Position numbers and translations under genes: made by a program | In this document: one piece after another, positions 10,176 through 20,083 of the stretch | How positions within the stretch are numbered: the stretch's first letter is position 1 | Layout of the letters: every line of letters starts with the position of its first letter | Assembly (NCBI GenBank): GCA_018669975.1 | Contig: JABHSK010000009.1 | Location: forward strand, 51,127-115,126 | DNA from: Candidatus Parcubacteria bacterium | GTDB lineage: Bacteria > Patescibacteriota > Patescibacteriia > UBA1558 > GWA2-36-10 | Reading direction: 5' to 3' | Length of the DNA: 64,000 bases | Notes under the pieces: model-generated | What the model saw: only the letters and a program-made list of their open reading frames with translations | The model's database searches: none | Told to the model about the DNA's origin: nothing

Positions 10176-10823
10176 TTAAAAATCTTTAAGGCTTTTCTTC
10201 TTACCCTTTAACTCCTTTTTTATTTTTGCAAAACTAACTACGGTTAATATTATAATCAGAACAGAGAATGCTAATAAAGCAATATTTAAATAATTTGCTC
10301 CTGTGAATGCCCACCATATATATAACGCATAAACCAAACCTTTACTTCTAACCACTAAACGAACGGGGATCTTGAGCCAATATCTAACAATAATAAAGAA
10401 TAGCCAAACCGTATAGAAATAAATATAAAGCAAACCAATATTAGGATCTATCAACCTAAATATACCCAGAGTTAAGACAACAATAAAAATACCTGTGTGA
10501 TCACAAACAGTATCAACTAAATCTCCCTCGGTATCATCCTGTTTAAGTAAACGGGCTAGCCCACCATCTATACCATCAATAAAAACATGTACTACTAAAA
10601 AAATACTAGCTATTTTTGGAGCATCTAAAACAAAATACACAAAACCACCCAAAATAAATATTCCAAAATAACTCAAGTGATTAGCACTAACGTTTATTTT
10701 TTTGAAAAATAAAGCTAGTGGTGAAAAAAATAAATCCCTCCAGCACCTAACTCTTTTATATAGAGTTTGCTCGGTTTCACAATAGTCATCTAAATACTTG
10801 TCTATTTTATGTATTTCGGACAT
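10176..10823 (-). CDS. CDP-alcohol phosphatidyltransferase
   Basis: DGIDGGLAR-x8-GDLVDTVCD matches the DxxDGxxAR...GxxxDxxxD signature. Several TM helices. Confidence 0.9.
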   Translation of the reverse strand: MSEIHKIDKYLDDYCETEQTLYKRVRCWRDLFFSPLALFFKKINVSANHLSYFGIFILGGFVYFVLDAPKIASIFLVVHVFIDGIDGGLARLLKQDDTEGDLVDTVCDHTGIFIVVLTLGIFRLIDPNIGLLYIYFYTVWLFFIIVRYWLKIPVRLVVRSKGLVYALYIWWAFTGANYLNIALLAFSVLIIILTVVSFAKIKKELKGKKKSLKDF

Positions 10824-10962
10824 AACGCAAAATATTAATATGTATTTATAATACTATTTTTTCTATTTTTATTCAACAAAATATATTAGTATAAAAAAAT
10901 AACTATATAGCACATTAGACTTGTTTCTGTTATAATAATAAATAGATAATTAAAGTTTTAAT

Positions 10963-11733
10963 ATGGATGAGCAAAACAATACCCCTTTAAACAACGTGGC
11001 TACACCAACTGACGCATCAATGCCTGCTAGTGACGCCCCGGTCAACCCCACTTCCATGACTAATAATCAATTAGCCAATCAAGGCGTACCAGCTGAAATA
11101 TCTAATGAAACAGCTACTACACCTTTAGCAGCAGAACCAGCGCCAGTTACCCCCGAAGCAGTTACTCCTGCAAAAACTCAAGAGCAAACCTTTGGTAAGA
11201 GTGAACTTTTAAATGCCAAAGATATATTACTGGACATGCTAGGAATGGATATAGGGAATATGGTTGCCGATTTAGGAGCTGGCGGAGGGTTGTTTACTTT
11301 AACAGCGGCTAGAATAGTTGGGGATCAAGGACAGGTTTATGCCGTTGATATTATAAAAAATAGTTTATCTGAAATAGAATCAAAGGCTAGGATGGCCGGA
11401 CTGTATAATATCAAAACTATATGGAGTAATATAGAAATGGTTGGGGCCACAAAAATTCCCGATGCTTCCCTAGATTATGCTATGTTAGTTAATGTCTTGT
11501 TTCAATCAAAAAAACACTTTGAAATGATGAGCGAAGCTACTCGCCTATTAAAACCAAATGGAAAATTACTAATCGTAGATTGGAGTAATACTAACCCTGG
11601 TTTTGCACCAAATAATGACATGAAAGTTGATAAAGATAGCTTGATAAATAATTCTGCTCAAATAAATTTACTATTAGACAAAGAGTTCAAAGCTGGCGAA
11701 TACCATTTTGGCTTAATTTTCATAAAACAATAA
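10963..11733 (+). CDS. class I SAM methyltransferase with disordered Pro/Ala/Thr-rich N-terminus
   Basis: VADLGAGGG motif I, VYAVDI, LLKPNG...VDW. Confidence 0.8.
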   Translation: MDEQNNTPLNNVATPTDASMPASDAPVNPTSMTNNQLANQGVPAEISNETATTPLAAEPAPVTPEAVTPAKTQEQTFGKSELLNAKDILLDMLGMDIGNMVADLGAGGGLFTLTAARIVGDQGQVYAVDIIKNSLSEIESKARMAGLYNIKTIWSNIEMVGATKIPDASLDYAMLVNVLFQSKKHFEMMSEATRLLKPNGKLLIVDWSNTNPGFAPNNDMKVDKDSLINNSAQINLLLDKEFKAGEYHFGLIFIKQ

Positions 11734-11826
11734 AATTTATACTAATGATTACCAACCTCGCTCTCAGCGGGGTTGACTTTATTTTACGAATTATTTAACA
11801 TAGAAATACTTATAAAATATAATTTT

Positions 11827-12237
11827 ATGGATTTATCAAAACTTTTGAATTTCGAATACTTATTTGCACGTTTTCCTGAAGCAGGATTTTCTTGGCCTGT
11901 CAGAATCGGTCTATTGATTATTTTTGTTGGCGCCATTATAGTAGCCCTGTATACACATAAAAAACTTAAACAAAATTTGGGTGTGGCTGGAAAAGCTTGG
12001 AAAAGATTACAAGTTTGGAGCTGGTCAGTTGGACTCGTTGGTATTATGCTCGTTTATTTCAGAGAAGTAAGGGCTCTATATCTTAGTTCCAGGTTCTGGT
12101 TAATCCTCTGGTTACTAGTATCTGTAGTGTGGTTAATCTATATCATCGCAAAATGGAAAAAAGATGTCCCTAATAAAGAGACCCAAGAAAAGCATAAACA
12201 AGAATATTCTAAATGGTTACCTAAACAAAATAAATAA
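11827..12237 (+). CDS. hypothetical membrane protein (3 TM)
   Basis: Three hydrophobic helices, C-terminal YSKWLPK. ATG 11827 preferred because the annotated TTG start is the -35 of TTGACT-17-TAACAT. Confidence 0.7.
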   Translation: MDLSKLLNFEYLFARFPEAGFSWPVRIGLLIIFVGAIIVALYTHKKLKQNLGVAGKAWKRLQVWSWSVGLVGIMLVYFREVRALYLSSRFWLILWLLVSVVWLIYIIAKWKKDVPNKETQEKHKQEYSKWLPKQNK

Positions 12238-12276
12238 TTTTTACAATATAAACAGGCGAAATTTTTAGCCTGTTTT

Positions 12277-12618
12277 ATGTTTAGAAAAAAATTAGGAAAT
12301 GAAGGTGAGGAAATTGCCGCACAATACTATAAAAGCCTAGGTTGGCAGGTCATAGCCCAAAATTTTTGGACTCGTTATGGTGAGTTGGATTTGATATTGA
12401 AAAAAAATAAACAAATCTTGTTGGTAGAAGTTAAGACTAGGAGTAATTATAATTTTGGCTGGGCAGAAGAAAGCATAAATGAACAAAAAATACTAAGAAT
12501 GCAAGAGTCTTTCTACATTTTTAGTGAAGAATTTTCCTTTGGGGACACCTATTCAATTGAAATATGCTTGATTTATAAACGTGAAAATAAATTTTCCATA
12601 AAAAGATTAACCATATAA
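12277..12618 (+). CDS. yraN: YraN (UPF0102) family PD-(D/E)xK nuclease-like protein
   Basis: LGNEGEEIA, NFWTRYGELDLI, VEVKTR. Confidence 0.9.
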   Translation: MFRKKLGNEGEEIAAQYYKSLGWQVIAQNFWTRYGELDLILKKNKQILLVEVKTRSNYNFGWAEESINEQKILRMQESFYIFSEEFSFGDTYSIEICLIYKRENKFSIKRLTI

Positions 12619-12623
12619 ATAGG

Positions 12624-12694
12624 TTGACTAATTGTACAAAAAACTGTATAGTGTAAGAAGTTAAGCTAGTTACTCTGTAAACTAGCTTATTTTT
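12624..12694 (+). promoter_or_regulatory. nusA promoter followed by leader hairpin and T tract (candidate attenuator)
   Basis: TTGACT(12624)-17-TATAGT(12647). Stem TAAGCTAGTT/AACTAGCTTA at 12662-12689, then TTTTT. Confidence 0.6.
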
Positions 12695-12712
12695 ATAAAT
12701 TAATATTGATTT

Positions 12713-14122
12713 ATGGCTACTGACAAAACCTTGGCCACTGCTATCAAACAGATTTGTGATGAAAAAAATCTGTCTATGGAAGCAGTAATCGGCGCTATAG
12801 AAGCAGCCCTAGCTGCTGCCTATAGAAAAGAATTCGGCGAAAAAGATCAAAACATCAAAGTATTATTTAATGCGGACAATGGCCAAACCGCTGTTTTTGA
12901 TGTTAAGACTGTCGTAGAAGACGTTGATCTTGAAGAGCAAGAAAAAATGCTAGAAGAATTAAGAGAAAGAAAAGAAGCAGGTGAAGAAATAGACGAGGAA
13001 GAGCTAATAAAGAAATTTAATCCTCGTACTGAACTTATGTTTTCTGAAGCTGAAGAAATCAGCAAAACCTACAAGGTTGGTGATATTATCGAGACCAAAC
13101 TTGAGGTGCCAGAAGAATATGGACGCATGGCTGCTCAAACTGCTAAGCAGGTAATTATTCAAAGGTTGCGTGAGGCCGAAAGAGATCACATCTTTAATGA
13201 ATACAAAGATAGAGAGGGTGAGCTAATACTAGGAACCATTCAACGTCGTGAGGGTCGTAGATATATTGTTGACCTGGGTCAAGCCAATGGCATTCTACCG
13301 CCAGAAGAACAAATTCGTAATGAAGGATATAATATCGGTACTCGACTAAATTTCTTTATTTATGAAGTAAAGGTTGGTAATAAGGGTCCTGAAATAATTT
13401 TATCGCGTACTCATCCAGAAATTGTCAAAGAGTTATTCGCCACTGAAGTGCCTGAAATTGCTGCTGGTTCAGTAGAGATCAAGGCTATTTCTAGAGAAGC
13501 TGGCGCACGCTCTAAAATTGCTGTGACAGCCAATGAAGAAAATATTGATCCAGTTGGATCATGTGTTGGCCAAAAAGGTGCTAGAGTACAAACCGTTATT
13601 AATGAACTAGGTGGTGAAAAAATAGACATTATTGAATGGGATGAAGATGAAAAGGCTTTTATCTCTAATGCTCTAAGCCCAGCCGAAATAGCTGACATAG
13701 ATCTTGATGAAGAGGAAAAAACTGCCTCTGTTAAGGTTAATGAAGATCAGCTTTCACTAGCCATTGGTAGGGGTGGGCAAAATGCTCGTTTAGCTGCTAA
13801 ACTAACTGGTTGGAAAATAGACATTGTATCCAATGAAACTGGTGATAAAATTAACGACAAAGGAGAAAACATACCAGAAAAAGATGAGGATGTAAAAGAA
13901 GATAAAGAGGAGAAAAAACCAGCTAAGAAAAAAGCTACTTCTAAAAAAACAGCTGATAAAGATGAAGACATAAAAGAAGACAAGGAAGAAAAGAAAAAAG
14001 AGAAAGAAGCTGTAAAAGAAGATAAAGAGGAGAAAAAACCAGCTAAGAAAAAAGCTACTTCTAAAAAAACAGCTGATAAAGATGTTAAAAAAACGAGTAA
14101 AAAGAAAACTACTAAAAAATAA
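12713..14122 (+). CDS. nusA: transcription termination/antitermination factor NusA
   Basis: GRMAAQTAKQVIIQRLREAER, S1 and KH domains, AIGRGGQNARLAAKLTGWKIDI, Lys/Glu-rich tail. Confidence 0.98.
   Translation: MATDKTLATAIKQICDEKNLSMEAVIGAIEAALAAAYRKEFGEKDQNIKVLFNADNGQTAVFDVKTVVEDVDLEEQEKMLEELRERKEAGEEIDEEELIKKFNPRTELMFSEAEEISKTYKVGDIIETKLEVPEEYGRMAAQTAKQVIIQRLREAERDHIFNEYKDREGELILGTIQRREGRRYIVDLGQANGILPPEEQIRNEGYNIGTRLNFFIYEVKVGNKGPEIILSRTHPEIVKELFATEVPEIAAGSVEIKAISREAGARSKIAVTANEENIDPVGSCVGQKGARVQTVINELGGEKIDIIEWDEDEKAFISNALSPAEIADIDLDEEEKTASVKVNEDQLSLAIGRGGQNARLAAKLTGWKIDIVSNETGDKINDKGENIPEKDEDVKEDKEEKKPAKKKATSKKTADKDEDIKEDKEEKKKEKEAVKEDKEEKKPAKKKATSKKTADKDVKKTSKKKTTKK
13891..14084 (+). repeat. 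perfect 74-bp direct repeat (period 120) in the nusA tail
   Basis: 13891-13964 is identical to 14011-14084 and encodes VKEDKEEKKPAKKKATSKKTADKD. Confidence 0.95.
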
Positions 14123-14149
14123 CTTAATATTTATTAATAATTCAACATT

Positions 14150-16207
14150 ATGCTAGATGTAAAACTATTAGCTATCTTAGCTGCCATTATCTCTATCGTT
14201 TTTGGTGTTGTATTGATCAAAAAAATACTTAAAGCACCAAGCGGTAATGACAAAATGAAAGAAATAGCCAATGCTATTCAGGAAGGCGCTAAAGCTTATT
14301 TAACTAGACAATATAAAACTATTGCTTATTTAGCAGTGGTTATATTTATTATCTTGGGATTTGCCACTCAAGATTGGATTACTGCCGTAGCCTTTTTGAT
14401 AGGTGCTATTCTATCTGCTGCTGCTGGCATCATTGGCATGAACGTTTCTGTTAGAGCTAATGTACGTACAGCTGAAGCAGCCCGAAAAGGCATTCAACCA
14501 GCCATGAACCTAGCTGTATTAGGTGGCTCTGTCACTGGCATGCTAGTAGTCGGCTTGGCACTCCTTGGAGTAGCTGGTATGTATGCCCTGCCTTTTGTTG
14601 AGGTGCATCATTTAATAGGCCTGGGTTTTGGTGGCTCTCTAATCTCTGTTTTTGCTAGATTAGGTGGTGGTATCTTCACCAAAGCAGCTGACGTTGGCGC
14701 CGATTTAGTCGGAAAAGTGGAGGCAGGTATTCCTGAAGATGACCCTAGAAACCCGGCTGTTATTGCTGACAATGTAGGTGACAATGTAGGTGACTGTGCT
14801 GGTATGGCCGCTGACCTATTTGAAACATATGCTGTTACGCTAGTAGCTGCTATGCTATTGGGTGGTCTAACCTATAAAACTATAGACGGTATGCCTATGG
14901 AAAATGCTGTACTTTATCCCTTGGCTCTAGGAGCTGTGGCTATTATCACCTCACTAATCGGTTTATTGTTTATCAAACTTGATAAGAAAAAAAGTGTCGA
15001 GGAAATAGAAAAAAATGACAGCATCATGAAGGCTTTATACAAAGGTTTAATTGCTGCTGGATTATTAACCGTAATTGGATTCTATTTTGTCACTAAAAAT
15101 ATGATGGACAGTCTAGTTATTACTAAATATATGGATATTTATTATGCTAGTTTAGTTGGGCTAGGTGTAACTGGATTCATCGTTTGGTTAACTGAATACT
15201 ATACTTCTACAAAGTATAAACCTGTACAGTCAATTGCCAAGGCCTCTGAAACAGGACATGGCACAAATATCATACAAGGATTGGCTATTAGTATGAAAGC
15301 TACCGTTTGGCCAGTATTAGTTATTGTAGCTGGTATTATTGCTGCTTATTATTTTGCTGACTTATATGGTATTGCTGTAGCTGCTATGAGTATGCTTTCC
15401 CTAGCTGGTATTATTGTCACTATTGATGCCTATGGACCAATTACTGATAACGCTGGCGGTATTGCTGAAATGGCTGAAATGCCAGAAGAGGTTAGAAAAA
15501 TCACTGACCCCCTAGATGCGGTTGGCAACACTACCAAGGCTGTTACCAAGGGCTACGCCATTGCTTCTGCTGCTTTAGCTGCGCTAGTATTATTTGCGGC
15601 TTACACTGAAGAGTTAGCTGCCGTAGGAAGAAACGCAGTCTTTGCCCTAGACAATCCTTACGTATTAGCTGGATTGTTTATTGGTGGACTATTGCCGTAC
15701 ATTTTCGGTGCTCTATCCATGGAGGCTGTCGGAAAAACTGCTGGGTACATTGTTAAAGAAGTAAGGAGACAATTTAAAGAAAAGCCTGGTATTATGGATG
15801 GTACAGAAAAACCAGATTATACAGCTGCTGTAGATATCGTCACCAAAGGCGCCCTTAAACAAATGATTGTGCCTGCATTGATACCCGTGGTGGTTCCTAT
15901 CTTGATTATTGTAGTATTCGGCAAAGATAATGGACTAGTTGCGTTAGGTGGTGCTCTAGTAGGAAGTATTGTCACTGGTATTTTTATGGCCTTATCAATG
16001 ACTTCTGGTGGTGGTGCTTGGGATAATGCTAAGAAATACATTGAAAGTGGTAATCATGGTGGCAAGGGATCTGAGGCTCACAAGGCTGCTATCACTGGAG
16101 ATACTGTTGGTGATCCTTATAAAGATACCGCTGGCCCAGCCATTAATCCAATGATTAAAATTCTTAATGTTGTAGCCTTACTATTAATAGCAATATTGTT
16201 TAAATAA
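14150..16207 (+). CDS. hppA: membrane-bound ion-translocating pyrophosphatase, K+-independent type
   Basis: [36 protein letters not shown] has Lys at the Ala/Lys determinant. Confidence 0.95.
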   Translation: MLDVKLLAILAAIISIVFGVVLIKKILKAPSGNDKMKEIANAIQEGAKAYLTRQYKTIAYLAVVIFIILGFATQDWITAVAFLIGAILSAAAGIIGMNVSVRANVRTAEAARKGIQPAMNLAVLGGSVTGMLVVGLALLGVAGMYALPFVEVHHLIGLGFGGSLISVFARLGGGIFTKAADVGADLVGKVEAGIPEDDPRNPAVIADNVGDNVGDCAGMAADLFETYAVTLVAAMLLGGLTYKTIDGMPMENAVLYPLALGAVAIITSLIGLLFIKLDKKKSVEEIEKNDSIMKALYKGLIAAGLLTVIGFYFVTKNMMDSLVITKYMDIYYASLVGLGVTGFIVWLTEYYTSTKYKPVQSIAKASETGHGTNIIQGLAISMKATVWPVLVIVAGIIAAYYFADLYGIAVAAMSMLSLAGIIVTIDAYGPITDNAGGIAEMAEMPEEVRKITDPLDAVGNTTKAVTKGYAIASAALAALVLFAAYTEELAAVGRNAVFALDNPYVLAGLFIGGLLPYIFGALSMEAVGKTAGYIVKEVRRQFKEKPGIMDGTEKPDYTAAVDIVTKGALKQMIVPALIPVVVPILIIVVFGKDNGLVALGGALVGSIVTGIFMALSMTSGGGAWDNAKKYIESGNHGGKGSEAHKAAITGDTVGDPYKDTAGPAINPMIKILNVVALLLIAILFK

Positions 16208-16212
16208 AAAAT

Positions 16213-17493
16213 ATGCAAATAACTAAAAAAGATCTAGGAAAAGGAGAGGTAGAACTAACTATTGAAGTATCACTAGAAGAATTGAAACCTCATTTGGAAA
16301 ATGCCGCTATTTCTCTTTCTAAAAAACATAAGGTTCCTGGTTTTCGACCAGGCAAGGCACCATTGGATTTGATCAAAAACAAATTCGGCGACATGGCGCT
16401 ATATCAAGAAGCTCTTGATGCTGCTATTTCAGATAGTTTTTATAAAGCAGTTACTAGAGAAAAATTACAAACCGTTGGGCAACCAAAAATCAATGTTGAT
16501 AAAATGGCTCCTGACAATCCTTTAATTTATAAAGCTGTAGTAGCCTTACTGCCCAAAGTAACTCTTGGTGAGTGGCAGAAAATCTCTGTCACCAAAAAAG
16601 AAGTTAAAGCAGAAGATAGCGACATCAACAAAACCCTCGAACAACTACAGACCATGAATGTCAAAGAAACTGTAGCGGAACGAGTTGCCAAAAAAGGCGA
16701 TAAAGTTGAACTTGATTTCGAAGTTTATTTAGACAAAGTAATTATTGAGGGAGGTAAAAATCCTAAATATCCAATCGTGATTGGTGAAAGTAAAATGATA
16801 CCTGGCTTTGAAGAACACATTATTGGTCTTAAGACTGGAGACAAAAAAGAATTTGAATTAAAATTTCCTGCTAAATACTTTCAAAATAATCTAGCTGGTA
16901 AACTAGCCACCTTCAAAATAAAAGTTTTACAAGTTTTTGATCGTGAATTACCAAAAATAGACGATGGATTTGCTAAAGGTGTAGGCTTTGAAGATTTAGC
17001 TAAACTAAAAAAACAACTAGTAGACAACATCACTCAAGATAAACAATCCAGAGAAAAACAAAGGGTGGAGAGTGAGTCTATTCAAGAAATAGTTAAGACG
17101 TCTGAATTTAGCGATCTGCCAGAATTACTCATAGATAATGAAATTCACAAAATGATTCATGAGCTGGAGCACAATATCACCAGCCAGGGCATGGACATGG
17201 CCGGATACCTAAAATCAATCAACAAGACTCATGATGATCTACATAAGGATTTTAGAGTGCAAGCCACTGAAAGGGTTAAGGCGGCACTAGTGTTACGCCA
17301 ACTAGCTACTGAAGAAAAAATCACTGCCGATGACAAAGAAGTGGAGGCTGAAATTGCTAAACAAAAAGAAACCTATAAAGACAACAAGCAGGCCTTGCAA
17401 AACATCGAAAATACCGGCCACAAACAACATATGGCCAATATGATAACCAACCAAAAAATCATTGAACTGATTGCTAAAACTGTTATAAAATAA
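16213..17493 (+). CDS. tig: trigger factor
   Basis: PGFRPGKAP ribosome-binding motif, FKBP domain (MIPGFEE). Confidence 0.97.
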   Translation: MQITKKDLGKGEVELTIEVSLEELKPHLENAAISLSKKHKVPGFRPGKAPLDLIKNKFGDMALYQEALDAAISDSFYKAVTREKLQTVGQPKINVDKMAPDNPLIYKAVVALLPKVTLGEWQKISVTKKEVKAEDSDINKTLEQLQTMNVKETVAERVAKKGDKVELDFEVYLDKVIIEGGKNPKYPIVIGESKMIPGFEEHIIGLKTGDKKEFELKFPAKYFQNNLAGKLATFKIKVLQVFDRELPKIDDGFAKGVGFEDLAKLKKQLVDNITQDKQSREKQRVESESIQEIVKTSEFSDLPELLIDNEIHKMIHELEHNITSQGMDMAGYLKSINKTHDDLHKDFRVQATERVKAALVLRQLATEEKITADDKEVEAEIAKQKETYKDNKQALQNIENTGHKQHMANMITNQKIIELIAKTVIK

Positions 17494-17508
17494 ATCTATC
17501 ATATCCTT

Positions 17509-17539
17509 GAAAACCACCTGAATAGGTGGTTTTCTTTTT
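17509..17539 (+). terminator. intrinsic terminator after tig
   Basis: GAAAACCACCT-GAAT-AGGTGGTTTTC followed by TTTTT. Confidence 0.8.
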
Positions 17540-17585
17540 GAATCTTTTTCTGCTAAGATGAAAGAATCAATAAAAAAATAATCTT

Positions 17586-18803
17586 ATGCAAAAAGTAACT
17601 CCTCTGGCAGACAAACTAAGGCCTGATGAATTCAAAAAATTCTTTGGGCAGGAACACCTTTTGAATGAGGGTAAGATTCTTGATCAAATGATTAAGAGTC
17701 AAAGCCTGAGCTCCATTATTTTTTGGGGTCCTCCAGGCGTAGGTAAAACTACCCTAGCTCATGTGATGAGTCAGCAGCTCAAGGCTAAATTTATTTCTAG
17801 TAGCGCTGTGTTGATTGGTGTACCCGAAATAAAAAAAATTGCGGACAATGCTCGACAAGATGCTAATTTTCTTAAACAGAAGACAATTTTGTTTTTAGAT
17901 GAAATCCATCGTTTCAATAAAGCTCAACAGGATGTATTGCTACCCTATGTAGAGCAAGGCATTTTAACCTTAATTGGTGCTACCACAGAGAACCCTTCTT
18001 TTTCTATCAACTCTGCCCTCTTGTCACGCTGCAGGGTTTTGATTTTAAATTCTTTAGAAGAATCAGATCTTAAAAAAATTCTAAAATACGCTCTAAGTGA
18101 TAAAAAAAACGGTCTCGGCAATAAAAAATTAAACTTAAATAAAACAGCTGAAAAATTATTACTAAGTTTTGCTGAAGGAGATGCGCGTAGACTTTTAACT
18201 GCTATAGAAATTGCCAGCTACGGAAAAGAAAGAGTTACTCTAAATGAAAAAAATATCCGCGAGGCAATTCAAAGTTCAGTACTATATTACGATAAACACG
18301 GTGAAGAACATTACAACGTCATTTCAGCCCTACATAAATGTCTACGTGACTCAGATGCTGACGCTGCCCTCTACTGGCTAGCTAGAATGCTAGAAGCTGG
18401 CGAAGATCCTCTCTATGTGGCTAGACGTTTAATACGCTTTGCCTCAGAAGATGTGGGTATGGCAGATTTTCGGGCTTTATTAATAACCATGGCTGCTAAA
18501 GACACCGTTCATTTCGTGGGTATGCCAGAAGCTAAATTAGCTTTGGCGCAAGCTGTTGTATACCTAGCCCAGGCCAAAAAATCAAATAAGCTCTACACCG
18601 CTTATTCTCAAGCTGCCAAAGATGCTCAATCCACTAGTCATTTAGGTGTACCTCTAGTATTACGAAATGCTCCCACTAAATTAATGAAAGAACTAGCCTA
18701 TGGTAAGGGTTATAAATATGCTCCTAATAGTACTGAAAAGGAGATTTCTAAACAACAACATTGGCCTGATAAAATGGAACCTAAAAAATATTACTCTGAT
18801 TGA
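17586..18803 (+). CDS. rarA: replication-associated recombination protein A (MgsA)
   Basis: PLADKLRP, GPPGVGKT, LDEIHRFNKAQQD, GATTENP, RFASEDVG. Confidence 0.96.
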   Translation: MQKVTPLADKLRPDEFKKFFGQEHLLNEGKILDQMIKSQSLSSIIFWGPPGVGKTTLAHVMSQQLKAKFISSSAVLIGVPEIKKIADNARQDANFLKQKTILFLDEIHRFNKAQQDVLLPYVEQGILTLIGATTENPSFSINSALLSRCRVLILNSLEESDLKKILKYALSDKKNGLGNKKLNLNKTAEKLLLSFAEGDARRLLTAIEIASYGKERVTLNEKNIREAIQSSVLYYDKHGEEHYNVISALHKCLRDSDADAALYWLARMLEAGEDPLYVARRLIRFASEDVGMADFRALLITMAAKDTVHFVGMPEAKLALAQAVVYLAQAKKSNKLYTAYSQAAKDAQSTSHLGVPLVLRNAPTKLMKELAYGKGYKYAPNSTEKEISKQQHWPDKMEPKKYYSD

Positions 18804-18841
18804 TAAAATGTGATATAATGAAGCTAATATTATGGAAATTT

Positions 18842-19630
18842 ATGTATAATAAAGAATTAAAAATCACAAAGCAGGTTGCTAAGGAAGCCGGGGAATTCTT
18901 GCGCAAAGAATTTTTACTATGGAAAAGAGGAAATGCCAGATATAAAAAACATATGGAACTGGTGACGTGGGTAGATGAAAAAGCTAATAAAATTATTTTA
19001 TCAAAATTAAAGAAGCATTTTCCAAAATACGCAATACTGTCTGAGGAAAGTGGCTTACAAGATAAGCCAAGTGATTATTCTTGGGTAGTTGATCCATTAG
19101 ACGGTACTACAAACTTTACTATCCATCACCCCTTGTTTGCTACATCTATTAGTTTATTTTACAAAAATGAAGTAGTGATGGCTGTCAGTTATCTACCAGT
19201 ATTAAAAGAAATGTATTGGGCCAGTAAAGATGGTGGCGTTTATAAAAACAATGAGAAAATCCATGTATCCTCTAAGTCTGCGTTGAGGGAGTCTATTATT
19301 TCTTATAATCATGGTCAGGGACGAATAAATACTAAAAAATCTTTTAGAATTTTTGAACACTTCCAACAAAAGGCTCTCAAGTGTCGTAATTTTCACTGCA
19401 CTAGCATGCAAACTGCTATGGTTGCAGCTGGACACATTGATGGCTACGCTGTCTCTGGGGCCAAGCTATGGGATGTAGCTGCGGGAATGTTATTTATTAA
19501 AGAGGCCGGTGGAGTTGTAACTGACTGGAAAAACAAACCATGGAGTAGAAAATCAAAAACTGTGTTAGCTGCAAATCCAAAACTACACAAAATATACTTA
19601 CGGGAGTTAAAAAAGATTGGACTTGCCTAA
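18842..19630 (+). CDS. inositol monophosphatase family protein
   Basis: SEE, WVVDPLDGTTNF, WDVAAG motifs. Start moved to ATG 18842. Confidence 0.92.
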   Translation: MYNKELKITKQVAKEAGEFLRKEFLLWKRGNARYKKHMELVTWVDEKANKIILSKLKKHFPKYAILSEESGLQDKPSDYSWVVDPLDGTTNFTIHHPLFATSISLFYKNEVVMAVSYLPVLKEMYWASKDGGVYKNNEKIHVSSKSALRESIISYNHGQGRINTKKSFRIFEHFQQKALKCRNFHCTSMQTAMVAAGHIDGYAVSGAKLWDVAAGMLFIKEAGGVVTDWKNKPWSRKSKTVLAANPKLHKIYLRELKKIGLA

Positions 19631-19661
19631 AATATGAATGTTTGCTAAATTGTTTATCCGT

Positions 19662-19736
<75 letters not shown>

Positions 19737-19806
19737 AATAAAAACGAGCTAAAAAACAGCTCGATTTTTTTATATAAAAAAACAGCCCAAAAGCTGTTAA
19801 AAAATC

Positions 19807-19893
19807 TGGTACCGGCGATCGGACTTGAACCGATACGGCCTTACGGCCACAGGATTTTAAGTCCTGCGTGTCTACCAATTCCACCACGCCGGC
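19807..19893 (-). tRNA. tRNA-Leu(TAA)
   Basis: Reverse complement GCCGGCG...CAGGA-CTTAAAA-TCCTG, long variable arm GGCCGTAAGGCC, GTTCAAGTCC, CCA end. Confidence 0.96.
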
Positions 19894-19897
19894 ATAC

Positions 19898-19974
19898 TGG
19901 AGCGAGTGACCGGGCTCGAACCGGCGACCTTTTCCTTGGCAAGGAAATGTTCTAGCCAACTGAACTACACTCGC
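19898..19974 (-). tRNA. tRNA-Gly(GCC)
   Basis: Reverse complement GCGAGTG...TTTCC-TTGCCAA-GGAAA...GTTCGAGC...CACTCGCTCCA. Confidence 0.96.
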
Positions 19975-20083
19975 TTGATAAAACATAACTATTATACAAC
20001 AAAATAATAAAAAGTCAACCACTGATACTCTTGGTTTTGAACCTTAAAAATGCTATTATAAAGGAAGATTAAATTACTCAAAT

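Noticed and set aside
12847-13983. Ser/Phe-rich antisense ORFs inside nusA, and similar short ORFs inside polA, PBP1a, rpoB and rpoC
   Set aside because: They lie opposite well-conserved genes, their composition mirrors the sense codons, and they have no independent expression signals.
13891-14084. Direct repeats considered as CRISPR or DGR template/variable repeats (also 44721-45199 and 55503-55589)
   Set aside because: Each has only two copies, in frame within coding sequence, with no spacers, no adenine-specific mismatches and no cas or reverse transcriptase gene in the window.
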